Shown in pieces: positions 8,430 through 20,304 of a stretch of 64,000 bases of DNA (position 1 is its first letter; each line of letters opens with the position of its first letter). The translations under genes were made by a program, and so were the position numbers. The notes beneath the pieces are model-generated. The model was not told the origin of the DNA. It ran no database searches and saw only the letters and a program-made list of their open reading frames with translations. Source of the stretch: Acidimicrobiales bacterium (GTDB lineage Bacteria > Actinomycetota > Acidimicrobiia > Acidimicrobiales > RAAP-2). The DNA is taken from NCBI GenBank assembly GCA_036509795.1, contig DATCEX010000008.1, positions 12,441 through 76,440 of the forward strand. Reading direction: 5' to 3'.

Positions 8430-10988
8430 CTACGTGGAGAACTTCAGCCGGCTCAGTCCGTAGGCAATCTCGGCGGCGATGTCTTCGAGCACCGTCAACA
8501 CCTCGGGAGTGAAGGCCCGTGGCTCCATCGCGTAGATCTGCCACACGCCATCCAACTCGCCATCGATGACAACCGGAATCGCGGCGCCCGAACGAAAGCC
8601 GTGCTGACGAGCCCGTTCGCGCCACGGCGACATCGAGCTATCAGTATCGATGTCCGACGACGTGCACGTCTCTCCCGAACGTGCGGCCTTACCCGCCGGG
8701 CCCTGACCGAAGTCGTCGTCGCGCCAGTGCACTTCGATGTCGTCAAGGTATGTCTCGTGACTCGTGCTGGATGCCACGACCGCGAGGGACCGTTTGTCAT
8801 CGTGCATCTTGCGCCCGTACCACGCCAGGAGGTAACCGCCCTCCTCCACCGCAATGTGACACATCTGGTGCAAGAGGTCGCCGCCATCCGTCGCGCTGAT
8901 CAACATTCGACTGCCCGCCGAGATGGTTCGTAAGGCGCGCGCGGTGACCACTTCGACCTCGCAATTGCGTAGCGACGCCACGGCACCAGTGACACGACCC
9001 GCGTCATCTCGCAGGGGCTGGGCTCGCACCTTCATCCAGACGAAGTCGCCCGCGGCGTTGCGAACCCTGATGGTTAACTCGTCGAGCACCTCGCCGAAGT
9101 GCAGCAGCTGACGCCACGCGAGAATACGATCGCGGTCCTCGGGAAAAACCAAGTCAAGGATGCTGTGACCAACTACGTCACCCGACTGCCAACCCAACTG
9201 CCCGACGACCGAGGGCGACACCCATTGCAACTCCCCTTCCAGATTCACTGTGTACACCACGTCGGTCACGTTGTCGGCCAGTAGTTGGTAGTTCTCTTCG
9301 GTCTGGGCCATGGCCGTACGAAGATGGACCGTGTCGTCGATGTCGCGCAGACTGATGATAACGGTGTCGGGTTCACCAGAAAAACCGTGGATCAGGCGCA
9401 TGTGCTGGGACATCCACTTCACGTTGCCCGAGGGTGTGAGATACCTCACCTCGATGCCCGTCGTCGGGTGGTGCGTCGCAATCTCGTAGCGTTGCTCGAC
9501 CAGTCGAGGTAGATCCCTGGGGAAGACGTATTCGTCGACGCAGTGCGTCACCACCTTGTCGCTTCGCCACCCCAACGTGGCCTGCAACGACGGGCTCACC
9601 CAACGAATCGTTCCGTGTTCGTCGCATTCGATGACCACGTCCGTGGCGTTATCGGCGAGAATTCGAAATCGATTCTCCGATGCGACGAGCGCTCGCTGTC
9701 CGACCACGTCGTTTTGAGCGTCACGCCACGACGACACGCGTACCTTCTCTCCCGTGTCCTCATCGACGGCTTCGCGTGAACGCAACGATACCCAGCGATA
9801 GGTCGAATCCGCCATTCGCATTCGTAGCGTGAGTGTGAGTGTGAGTGTGTCCATGGTGTGCACCCCGCGATGGAACGACTGCAACGAGGCTCGGTCGTCG
9901 GGGTGGACGAGGTCCTCGAGCGAATGACCCACGACGTCAGCGTTCGAAAGATTCAACAATTGCGCTACGTACGGCGACACCCACTCAATTGTTCCTCGAC
10001 GTTCGAGGGCGATGACGTCGGTGCCATACTGGGCCATGAGTCGATACAACTCGTCGGACTTGTGCGCCGCATCGAGCGCCGCCATTTCCGCGTCAATGAG
10101 ATGGAGTCCGGCGATGAAACCGGTGGGCGCTTCGCGATCATCGAGGACCAGGTGAACCAGGGCGGCGAAGTGATGGAAATTGCCGCCTCTGTCACGCAGA
10201 CGAACGACGTGACGTACCATCGTCTCTTTCTCTAGGCGTTGGCGGATCGAATTGTGCGCCGGCGCATCGTCCGGGTGCATGACCGTTACGAGCAGGTCAC
10301 CCGTCAGCTCCTCGGGCGTATAGCCGAGCACGGCCGTCACCGCGTCAGAGACCCACTCGATCCGACCGTCCATATCGGTTCTCACAACAATGTCCGACGA
10401 GTTCTCCAACAGGAGCCGGTAGCGGTCGACGAGTTCTCGCACCTCGCTCAAATCTCGATAGGAGTAACTGACCAGATCGCCGTCGCTCACTGCGCGAACG
10501 TCAAACCGTCCCATAACCCCTCGCCCGAGGTTGTAGAACGCGACGTCGAATCGTTCTGCTGGCTCCCCCGACTCGACGACAGCGGCGAACCACGACACCA
10601 ATTGTGTGGCGAACTCCTCTGGCAACAGCGAACGCATGGAGCTGGCGAGTATCTTTTCGCGCGTGAAGCCGAGGTACGTACACGCGTGATCATTGACCGC
10701 GACGTACGTGAAGTCAACAATCCGTCCCTGATCGTCACGACGAGCGAGGGCGCTGACGTGAGGATCGAGCGATGCTTCAAGCCCGAGACGAGCGACGTTC
10801 TGACCCTGTGACACATCGTGGTTGACCGGCACCGACCCCCCTTTCGCCATCACTCTCGACCAAGCGAAAGTAACCACACCACCATCATGACCCTGGCGAA
10901 GCAATTCTCCAAATGTTGACGGGCGCCTGCATCGAGACAACGTCCCCGCGTGGGTACTCGGCGCTGCCACGCCGGTGCGCCAGATCAC
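8430..10988 (-). CDS. Multi-PAS (about five) plus C-terminal GAF sensor protein with no recognisable output domain
   Basis: 852-aa ORF. An alternative ATG at 10850 gives MAKGGSV.... Repeated PAS S-box-like segments (WVSPxxxxxLGW, DD..HPDD) are followed by a terminal GAF-like block. Confidence 0.65.
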   Translation of the reverse strand: MIWRTGVAAPSTHAGTLSRCRRPSTFGELLRQGHDGGVVTFAWSRVMAKGGSVPVNHDVSQGQNVARLGLEASLDPHVSALARRDDQGRIVDFTYVAVNDHACTYLGFTREKILASSMRSLLPEEFATQLVSWFAAVVESGEPAERFDVAFYNLGRGVMGRFDVRAVSDGDLVSYSYRDLSEVRELVDRYRLLLENSSDIVVRTDMDGRIEWVSDAVTAVLGYTPEELTGDLLVTVMHPDDAPAHNSIRQRLEKETMVRHVVRLRDRGGNFHHFAALVHLVLDDREAPTGFIAGLHLIDAEMAALDAAHKSDELYRLMAQYGTDVIALERRGTIEWVSPYVAQLLNLSNADVVGHSLEDLVHPDDRASLQSFHRGVHTMDTLTLTLTLRMRMADSTYRWVSLRSREAVDEDTGEKVRVSSWRDAQNDVVGQRALVASENRFRILADNATDVVIECDEHGTIRWVSPSLQATLGWRSDKVVTHCVDEYVFPRDLPRLVEQRYEIATHHPTTGIEVRYLTPSGNVKWMSQHMRLIHGFSGEPDTVIISLRDIDDTVHLRTAMAQTEENYQLLADNVTDVVYTVNLEGELQWVSPSVVGQLGWQSGDVVGHSILDLVFPEDRDRILAWRQLLHFGEVLDELTIRVRNAAGDFVWMKVRAQPLRDDAGRVTGAVASLRNCEVEVVTARALRTISAGSRMLISATDGGDLLHQMCHIAVEEGGYLLAWYGRKMHDDKRSLAVVASSTSHETYLDDIEVHWRDDDFGQGPAGKAARSGETCTSSDIDTDSSMSPWRERARQHGFRSGAAIPVVIDGELDGVWQIYAMEPRAFTPEVLTVLEDIAAEIAYGLSRLKFST

Positions 10989-10999
10989 TTAGCGTCGCG

Positions 11000-13423
11000 C
11001 TAGTGCAGCGAGGCCGGTAGAGCCAGATACTCGTCAACCTCCTCGGAGGTCTTCGGGCGAGCAATGTAGTATCCCTGGGCAATGTCCGCGCCGAGAGCTC
11101 GCAACATTTCGTGATTCGAGAAGGTCTCGATGCCCTCGGCTACGACGGTGACGTTGAGGGCCCGACCGAGTTCGATTGTTGAACTGATCACTGCCCGCGC
11201 GCGCACATCACTTTCCAGAGCGAACACGAAGGTCTTGTCGATCTTGAGCTCATCGATTGGTAGTTCTAGCAGCTGCGACATCGACGAATACCCGACGCCA
11301 AAGTCATCAATGGAGATACGCACACCGAGTGCTCGCAACTGTTCGATGCTGCGTCGAGTTCGTATAGAATCCTCACCCAAACTCGATTCAGTAACTTCGA
11401 GCGTGAGACGCTCAGAATCAACACCGAACTCCATCAACAGCATCGTGACGTAGTTCGGCAACTTCTCGTCGACCAGATCCAGGTGCGAGATATTGACGCT
11501 CATGTTGAGCCTGTGCCCCGTACTATCCAGGCGCACCATCTCACTGAGAGCCTTTCTCAGGACGACCCGCGTCAACGGCACGATCAGGCCGACGCGCTCC
11601 GCGATAGGAATGAAGTCGTCGGGGTAGATGAGTCCTCGAGTTGGGTGGTTCCAGCGCACCAACGCCTCGACGCCGTGAATTTCACCGGAGTGAAAGTCTT
11701 GGGTCAACTGAAAGTGCAGGACCAGTTGATCCAAGTCGATCGCGGCACGCAAATCGGCGATCATTGCCAAACGTTCGCGGCTGTTGAAATCAAAATCCGC
11801 GTGATAGAGACAGATCGACGAATGGTGTCGCTTCGCCTCGTACATTGCCACGTCCGCGCTTCGCATCAGCTCCACTTGGGTCACACCGTGCTCGGGATAG
11901 ATGGCGATCCCGATCGAAACGCTGACGCGCACCAGCACGCCGTCGAGAGAGATCGGGTCGACCAGGGCCGACTCAAAGGCGTTGCCCAGTTCTACCAAAT
12001 CGTCAAAGTGGTCAAAGACCATGGCGCACGCGAACTCGTCGCCCCCGATACGCGCAATCGTGGCGCGCGTTCCTACCTTGCGAGCGAATCGGCGACCCAC
12101 CACCCGTAGGAGGTCGTCACCACAACCGTGACCTAAGGAATCGTTGATCTCCTTGAAGCCGTCGAGGTCGATCAGGATCATCCCCATCTGACGCGAGTCC
12201 GTCAACGACGCGAGCAGTTCATCCGTACCTTCGATGAAGGATCGTCGATTCGCGAGGTTCGTCAACTCGTCGACGCGCGACACTACGTAGGTTGCCTGCT
12301 CAACGTTTTTGACCTGGCGCAGCGTGAGGGCCATTCGAAGAACCACGACGCATAGCGCGCCAATGGCAAAAAACGCAGCCGCATTGGATGATCGCTCCAC
12401 CACCGCGACGGCCAACGTCGCGACGGCGACCAGGGCGAAAAGAATCGGCACGGCGGCCACACTGTCGGGCAGGGCACTCGTCGACGAGCGATTTGCCGCG
12501 CGTCGATCCTCGGGCGCGCTGGCAGCCGTTCCAATCAACCACAGGGCGATGACCCACGTGCCGTCGAGTAGCGTGCCCGGGCGGTAGGTACCCGACACCT
12601 GCTGGTTTAAGTAGACGACGTCACCGACCACAAAGAAGACGAATCCTGCCATCATCAATAACGTTGCGAGATGCGGTCGATACCGTGACGAGGCGAGTCC
12701 CGACACCAACACCACCAAGAGAACCAGGTCCAGCAGTGGATAGGCCATGCGCACCAGTAACTGCAACGTGGGGCCACCGGCGACCAGAACATGGTTGAAC
12801 CAAAACAGCGCCGCGAGCGCCGCGAGAGAGAGGCCTGCGACCGCTCCATCGAGTTGCAAGCTGTGAAGAGTCCGGCCGAAGTGGTGCTGCGTCATCAACA
12901 CGACTGCGACCACGAAAGCGACGTACGAGAGCAAGTAGGGCACATCGCTCAACGCCGGACTCGGGATGGGACTGAGGTTCTGGTCGTGCAGGAGATAGAT
13001 CAGGTTCGCCACGTTGTAGAGGACGATTCCGACGGCCAAGATGATCCACGCTGCGCGCGACGTAGTCGGGCGTCGCACACGGAGAAGAACCGGTATCAGG
13101 GGGACGATGCTGGCGACATTGCCCACCCAGCCGTCCCAGAGCGAGTTGTAACCCGAGATCGGACGATGCAGCACGATCAAAGAACCGACGTAGGCGGCCA
13201 CGATCACCGTGGCAAGGACCTGCCACCAGAAGACGTCACGATTTGTGGCAAACAACCGCCAGGTACGTCGCCACGGTGACACGTCGTCACCATGTTCCCC
13301 CGGCACGTGAATTACCGGGGAGTCCTTCGGATGTTGTGGACCACGTGCGACGTGATTAGGGGTGACGCTGAGGCCGTCGTAACGTGGGGGGTTCACGTAG
13401 GGCGTGTGTGCGTCCGCAGTCAT
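11000..13423 (-). CDS. Membrane-anchored GGDEF-EAL protein (c-di-GMP turnover)
   Basis: The ATG at 13423 is preceded by the GAGGGAGG SD. About 9-10 N-terminal TM helices are followed by RIGGDEFA (GGDEF) and then VEALVRW ... DDFGVGYSS (EAL). Confidence 0.8.
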   Translation of the reverse strand: MTADAHTPYVNPPRYDGLSVTPNHVARGPQHPKDSPVIHVPGEHGDDVSPWRRTWRLFATNRDVFWWQVLATVIVAAYVGSLIVLHRPISGYNSLWDGWVGNVASIVPLIPVLLRVRRPTTSRAAWIILAVGIVLYNVANLIYLLHDQNLSPIPSPALSDVPYLLSYVAFVVAVVLMTQHHFGRTLHSLQLDGAVAGLSLAALAALFWFNHVLVAGGPTLQLLVRMAYPLLDLVLLVVLVSGLASSRYRPHLATLLMMAGFVFFVVGDVVYLNQQVSGTYRPGTLLDGTWVIALWLIGTAASAPEDRRAANRSSTSALPDSVAAVPILFALVAVATLAVAVVERSSNAAAFFAIGALCVVVLRMALTLRQVKNVEQATYVVSRVDELTNLANRRSFIEGTDELLASLTDSRQMGMILIDLDGFKEINDSLGHGCGDDLLRVVGRRFARKVGTRATIARIGGDEFACAMVFDHFDDLVELGNAFESALVDPISLDGVLVRVSVSIGIAIYPEHGVTQVELMRSADVAMYEAKRHHSSICLYHADFDFNSRERLAMIADLRAAIDLDQLVLHFQLTQDFHSGEIHGVEALVRWNHPTRGLIYPDDFIPIAERVGLIVPLTRVVLRKALSEMVRLDSTGHRLNMSVNISHLDLVDEKLPNYVTMLLMEFGVDSERLTLEVTESSLGEDSIRTRRSIEQLRALGVRISIDDFGVGYSSMSQLLELPIDELKIDKTFVFALESDVRARAVISSTIELGRALNVTVVAEGIETFSNHEMLRALGADIAQGYYIARPKTSEEVDEYLALPASLH

Positions 13424-14089
13424 GGCGACCTCCCTCAATAACGACGTGCCTCGTACAGGCGTCAGAGTTGGTGCGCACCTGACCCGACACAACGGTACTG
13501 TTGTCACTCTTTCAGAGGCAAGGATGGCGCGCTCCAACGAATGCCCACATTCATCCCAACTCTCCCCCAATTACCGTGATGAGAGGCGGTGGCGATGCGC
13601 GCGATCCGGAACCGATTCGTGAAACTATTTGACACGGTTTACCGCAAGATTTGTTTCATAACTTGTATTCATCCGGGGAGAATTAGACACCGACAGCATC
13701 ACCTGCAGTTTGCTGGCGACGAGAACCGGGCCGAGACCGCGCTTCTCGCTCCAACCGGACCAATCGAACAAAACAACGATTGACGCGCCCCAATAGTTCT
13801 CCGACCACGGATGGCGCTCGGCGTTCTTTTCGATATCTCTGACGGGCATCGACAACGCGAGGAACGTCAGCCGATGGATTGGTAACACCACCAGGGTGTG
13901 AGTGCCCCGAGGACGCGATACCGTCTTTCTCATGGCTGATCAATCCCTCGTAACGCGCTCTTTTCGAGGGTCGTGGTGCACAGTACCGATACACCACGAC
14001 GGTAAGCAGCACCAAAGCGGCACTTTTGACGACGTGACGTCACCACCGCCACCGGGTCATGGGACCGAGGTATTTGAGGAGGTGGCGAG

Positions 14090-14839
14090 GTGAAGTTGGG
14101 ACGTCACATTATTCGCACCTACCGTCAAGCGCCCAATGAGTTTGCCCAGGAACTTTTCATTGGACTCCCCAAGCGCTACAACCTGCTCGCCGAGATACTT
14201 TCCTTCGGACAGGACATCCGCTGGCGATCTGCCATGATCGATCGCGTCGTGGGAAGCGAACCTCGGCTCGTCCTCGACGTGGCGTGTGGACCTTGTGCCG
14301 TGACCAAGAAACTGGCGCGCGTCGTCTCCGGACGAATCGTGTCGCTGGACCTCAGCGAGTCGATGTTGATGGAAGGGCGCCGCAAGATACAGCAAGCCTC
14401 CCTCGCAGAGCGGGTGTCATTCGTGCGTGGACGAGGAGAAGAGTTACCTTTCGCCGACGCCACCTTCGACGCGTTGACCTTCACCTATCTTTTGCGCTAC
14501 GTGGCCGAACCTGACGAGACGCTGCGCGAGTTAGCGCGCGTCGTCAAACCCGGTGGAGCAATCTCGTCTCTAGAATTCGCCGTTCCCGAACGGCGAGGAT
14601 GGCGAATCGCTTGGTGGTTCTACACACGCGCCGTCTTGCCCCTCGCGGGGGGTCTCACTGGCGGGCGGGCGTGGTTCGACGCGGGACGTTTCCTCGGTCC
14701 GTCGATATCGCGCCACTACCGCTTGTTTCCGCTGGCGTGGATGCGCGACGCGTGGGAGCGCGCCGGCATCGATCACGTCGAGGTGAGGAAGATGAGCCTG
14801 GGTGGCGGCGTGGTGATCTCGGGCTATCGACGGGAGTAG
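14090..14839 (+). CDS. Class I SAM-dependent methyltransferase (UbiE/MenG-like)
   Basis: 249 aa with SAM motif I (VLDVACGPC) and a UbiE/COQ5-like layout. GTG start after a GGAGG SD. Confidence 0.65.
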   Translation: MKLGRHIIRTYRQAPNEFAQELFIGLPKRYNLLAEILSFGQDIRWRSAMIDRVVGSEPRLVLDVACGPCAVTKKLARVVSGRIVSLDLSESMLMEGRRKIQQASLAERVSFVRGRGEELPFADATFDALTFTYLLRYVAEPDETLRELARVVKPGGAISSLEFAVPERRGWRIAWWFYTRAVLPLAGGLTGGRAWFDAGRFLGPSISRHYRLFPLAWMRDAWERAGIDHVEVRKMSLGGGVVISGYRRE

Positions 14840-14841
14840 CG

Positions 14842-15606
14842 GTGAACGAGGAAGAAGTGTCTACAGGTTCCACGGGTCCCGCTTACTACGCTCAGCCGAA
14901 GTTTCTTCAACGCGCTCGTTGGCGCGAATGGTGGACCGTTCTTCACCCGCCCTACACCTTGTTGCACTTGTCGCTCGTCACCACCGGTGCGTGTCTGGCC
15001 GCACCGGTGTCGTTGTGGCGACTTCTCGCCACAGTGGCCGCATTTTTCCTCGCGGTGGGCGTGGGCGCCCACTGCCTCGATGAGCTCACGGGTCGACCCT
15101 TGCGCACGACGATTCCCTCGTGGCAACTGATTACGGCTGCCACGACAGGCCTCACGGGCGCCGTCGTACTCGGCGTCGTCGGAATATTTGTGGTGAGTAC
15201 CTACCTGGCGATCTTCATTGCCGTGGGAGTCATCATCGCCGTGGGGTACAACTTGGAATTCTTCGACGGACGATTGCACAACACGACGGTCGTCGTCGTG
15301 GGGTGGGGCGGCTTTCCCATTTTGACGGCGTACTTCGCCCAACACGACACGCTTTCCCTGGCCGCCGTCGCGGCCGCCGCCTTCGGCACGCTGTTGACCT
15401 TGATGCAACAACAACTCTCAACTCCCGCACGCGAACTTCGACGTCGCACCGACGCGGTCAACGGTGTCGTTGTCCGCAGTGATGGTTCGACGTACGCCCT
15501 GACCAAGCGGATGGTGCTCGCACCGCTCGAACGAACTCTCAAAACACTTTGCTGGGCGGGACCCTTCCTCGCAGTGTCACTTCTCTTCGCGCGCTTCGTG
15601 CACTAA
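14842..15606 (+). CDS. Polytopic membrane protein, function unknown
   Basis: The GTG at 14842 lies 2 nt after the methyltransferase stop. There are about 7 hydrophobic helices and no Asp-rich prenyltransferase motif. Confidence 0.45.
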   Translation: MNEEEVSTGSTGPAYYAQPKFLQRARWREWWTVLHPPYTLLHLSLVTTGACLAAPVSLWRLLATVAAFFLAVGVGAHCLDELTGRPLRTTIPSWQLITAATTGLTGAVVLGVVGIFVVSTYLAIFIAVGVIIAVGYNLEFFDGRLHNTTVVVVGWGGFPILTAYFAQHDTLSLAAVAAAAFGTLLTLMQQQLSTPARELRRRTDAVNGVVVRSDGSTYALTKRMVLAPLERTLKTLCWAGPFLAVSLLFARFVH

Positions 15607-15775
15607 CAGTTCTCGTGTCAGGACAAAAATAATTCGTTCGTCATTGACTCAAGTCGTGCTCCACGGTGAATCTCAGGGCCCACGTACCACGACGAGCGAA
15701 CGACTCCCGCGGAGAACGAACGTCCACGGTCTTCGTCTCAGGCCCTCGAGTCGTCGTCGCAATAGTTAGTTGACA

Positions 15776-15801
15776 CTTACGTTAGAATTCACTAACGTAA
15801 G
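15776..15801. promoter_or_regulatory. Candidate ArsR operator: perfect 10-bp inverted repeat with a 6-bp spacer
   Basis: CTTACGTTAG-aattca-CTAACGTAAG, ending 3 nt before the ArsR ATG at 15805. Confidence 0.55.
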
Positions 15802-15804
15802 GAC

Positions 15805-16122
15805 ATGGACACACTCCTACGCGCCATCGCCGAACCGAAGCGCCGTGACATCATTCGTCTCGTGTGGGCGCGCGAATTGGCCGCCGCGCAGATCGCAGAG
15901 TATTTTCCCGAGGTCACGCGCTCAGCAATCTCCCAACACCTCACCGTCTTGAGAACCAACGGTGTCTTGCACGAACGCCGCGAGGGCACCCGTCGCCTCT
16001 ACAGCGTGAATCGCGGAGAAATCATAAAATTGCGAGCATTTCTCGACAGTTTCTGGAGCGACAGTCTCGAGCGACTGCGCGATGTCGCCGAAGTAGACCA
16101 ACAACAGATAGGAAGATCATGA
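15805..16122 (+). CDS. ArsR/SmtB-family transcriptional regulator
   Basis: 105 aa with the winged-HTH signature LRAIAEPKRRDIIRLV ... ISQHLTVLRTNGVL. Confidence 0.8.
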   Translation: MDTLLRAIAEPKRRDIIRLVWARELAAAQIAEYFPEVTRSAISQHLTVLRTNGVLHERREGTRRLYSVNRGEIIKLRAFLDSFWSDSLERLRDVAEVDQQQIGRS

Positions 16123-16559
16123 CCGACGCCGTCAAGGAAGTACTCATCAAGGCCAGCCCTGCGACCATCTTCCCCTACCTCACGGACCCGTCGAAGTTCT
16201 TACAGTGGATGGGGACCGACGCCCAGTTGGTTCCCGAACCGGGTGGTGAATTCCGCGTCCTCTGCGGCGGTGATCACCCCAGTGCAGGAACGTTCCTGGA
16301 GATCGTTCCGAACGAGAAGGTCGTCTTCAGTTTCGGATGGGACCTGCCCGATCATCCGATCCCGGCCGGCTCGACCACGGTCGAGATCACTCTCACCCCC
16401 GAGGGTGACGCGACACGCCTTCGCCTCGTTCACAGAGGGTTACCCGAAGACGCGGTCGCCGACCACAACAAAGGGTGGGATTACTACCTCACGCGTCTGG
16501 AGACGGTTGTTCACGGCGGCGACCCGGGTCCCGACGACCCCAGTTCCCAAGGCCGGTAA
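16119..16559 (+). CDS. SRPBCC / Aha1-domain protein
   Basis: ATGA overlap with the ArsR stop. AHSA1-type SRPBCC sequence (ASPATIFPYLTDP..., VVFSFGW). Confidence 0.7.
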   Translation: MTDAVKEVLIKASPATIFPYLTDPSKFLQWMGTDAQLVPEPGGEFRVLCGGDHPSAGTFLEIVPNEKVVFSFGWDLPDHPIPAGSTTVEITLTPEGDATRLRLVHRGLPEDAVADHNKGWDYYLTRLETVVHGGDPGPDDPSSQGR

Positions 16560-16586
16560 GAAGCCAGCGAGAAGAAGATCGATGAT

Positions 16587-17213
16587 ATGAAGTCGCAAGA
16601 CGTCTGGAAGTACATCCACCTAGAACGGTCCGACTTGGCCGATTCTCTCTCGTAGTTGACACCTGAACAGTGGAGCGCACTGTCGTGGTGCGACGGTTGG
16701 TCAGTCAAGAAGGTGGCCGGTCACGTGGTGGCCGCCGCCGAACAGACGATTCCAAATTTCTACAAGGAATTCATTTCGGCGGGTATGAAGTTCAACGTCT
16801 TCGCCGAACGGGGCGCGGACGCCGTCGCCGTTGCTTCGACTGAACAGATGGTCGCGCGACTTCGTGCGTGCGTCACGACGACGAATCATCCGCCCGCGCC
16901 GGTGATGGCGATGCTGGGCGAGATAGTCGTGCACGGTGAGGACATCCGCCGACCCTTGGCGATGGTGCACCACTCCCCTGAGGAGGCCCTGGTCGCCGTG
17001 GCCGATAGTTGGAAGAATTCGAACCTGCTGATTGGCGCCAAGCGACGCATCACCGACATCCAACTGAAGGCCACTGATGCGACCTGGCAACACGGTGACG
17101 GGGCCCGCGTCGAGGGGCCGCTTCAATCGTTGATCCTGGCGATGACGGGACGCAAAAGAGCGCACGTCGACCTCACGGGTGAGGGCATCGCGGTACTCGC
17201 CGGCCGTCCGTAA
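16587..17213 (+). pseudogene. DinB/MDMPI-type (mycothiol-dependent maleylpyruvate-isomerase N-terminal family) gene interrupted by an in-frame TAG
   Basis: From the ATG at 16587, 22 codons encode the conserved N-terminal helix (VWKYIHLERSDLADSLS). A TAG follows at 16653-16655. The same frame then continues LTPEQWSALSWCDGWSVKKVAGHV... to 17213. Confidence 0.65.
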
Positions 17214-17352
17214 CGCGACGCCACCTCACCACTCGACACTTCACCAACCAAATCGGACGCCGGTGAGGAACCTTTCACCTGTTTGATATCGCGAATGGCA
17301 ACGACATTTCAAATCCGCCGATCCATGGCTGGACTCACTCCAAAAGTTGATA

Positions 17353-20119
<2,767 letters not shown>

Positions 20120-20304
20120 TCGCGCGAGGGCGCGCTCCCGTGTCCACCGAATCGGGGCACTGGAGCGTGCCAGAAGTTATTCCAATTCCCGTGGCTGACG
20201 TGTCGGGTTATCCCGCTCGCGACTAGCCAGATCCTCGCAAATGCCCGCAAATGCCCGCCACCGTAAAACCTTTACTGGGTGTGTACATTTCGTAAAAATG
20301 CAAG

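Noticed and set aside
13424-14089. A c-di-GMP riboswitch (GEMM-I/II) in the long leader of the GGDEF-EAL gene.
   Set aside because: I could not find the conserved GEMM helices or tetraloop-receptor features by eye. This needs an Infernal scan before any claim.
20236-20258. Tandem duplication of the 10-mer CGCAAATGCC upstream of the 1214-aa sensor gene.
   Set aside because: It has only two copies plus a partial one and no dyad symmetry or promoter-like context. It is most simply a slippage duplication.
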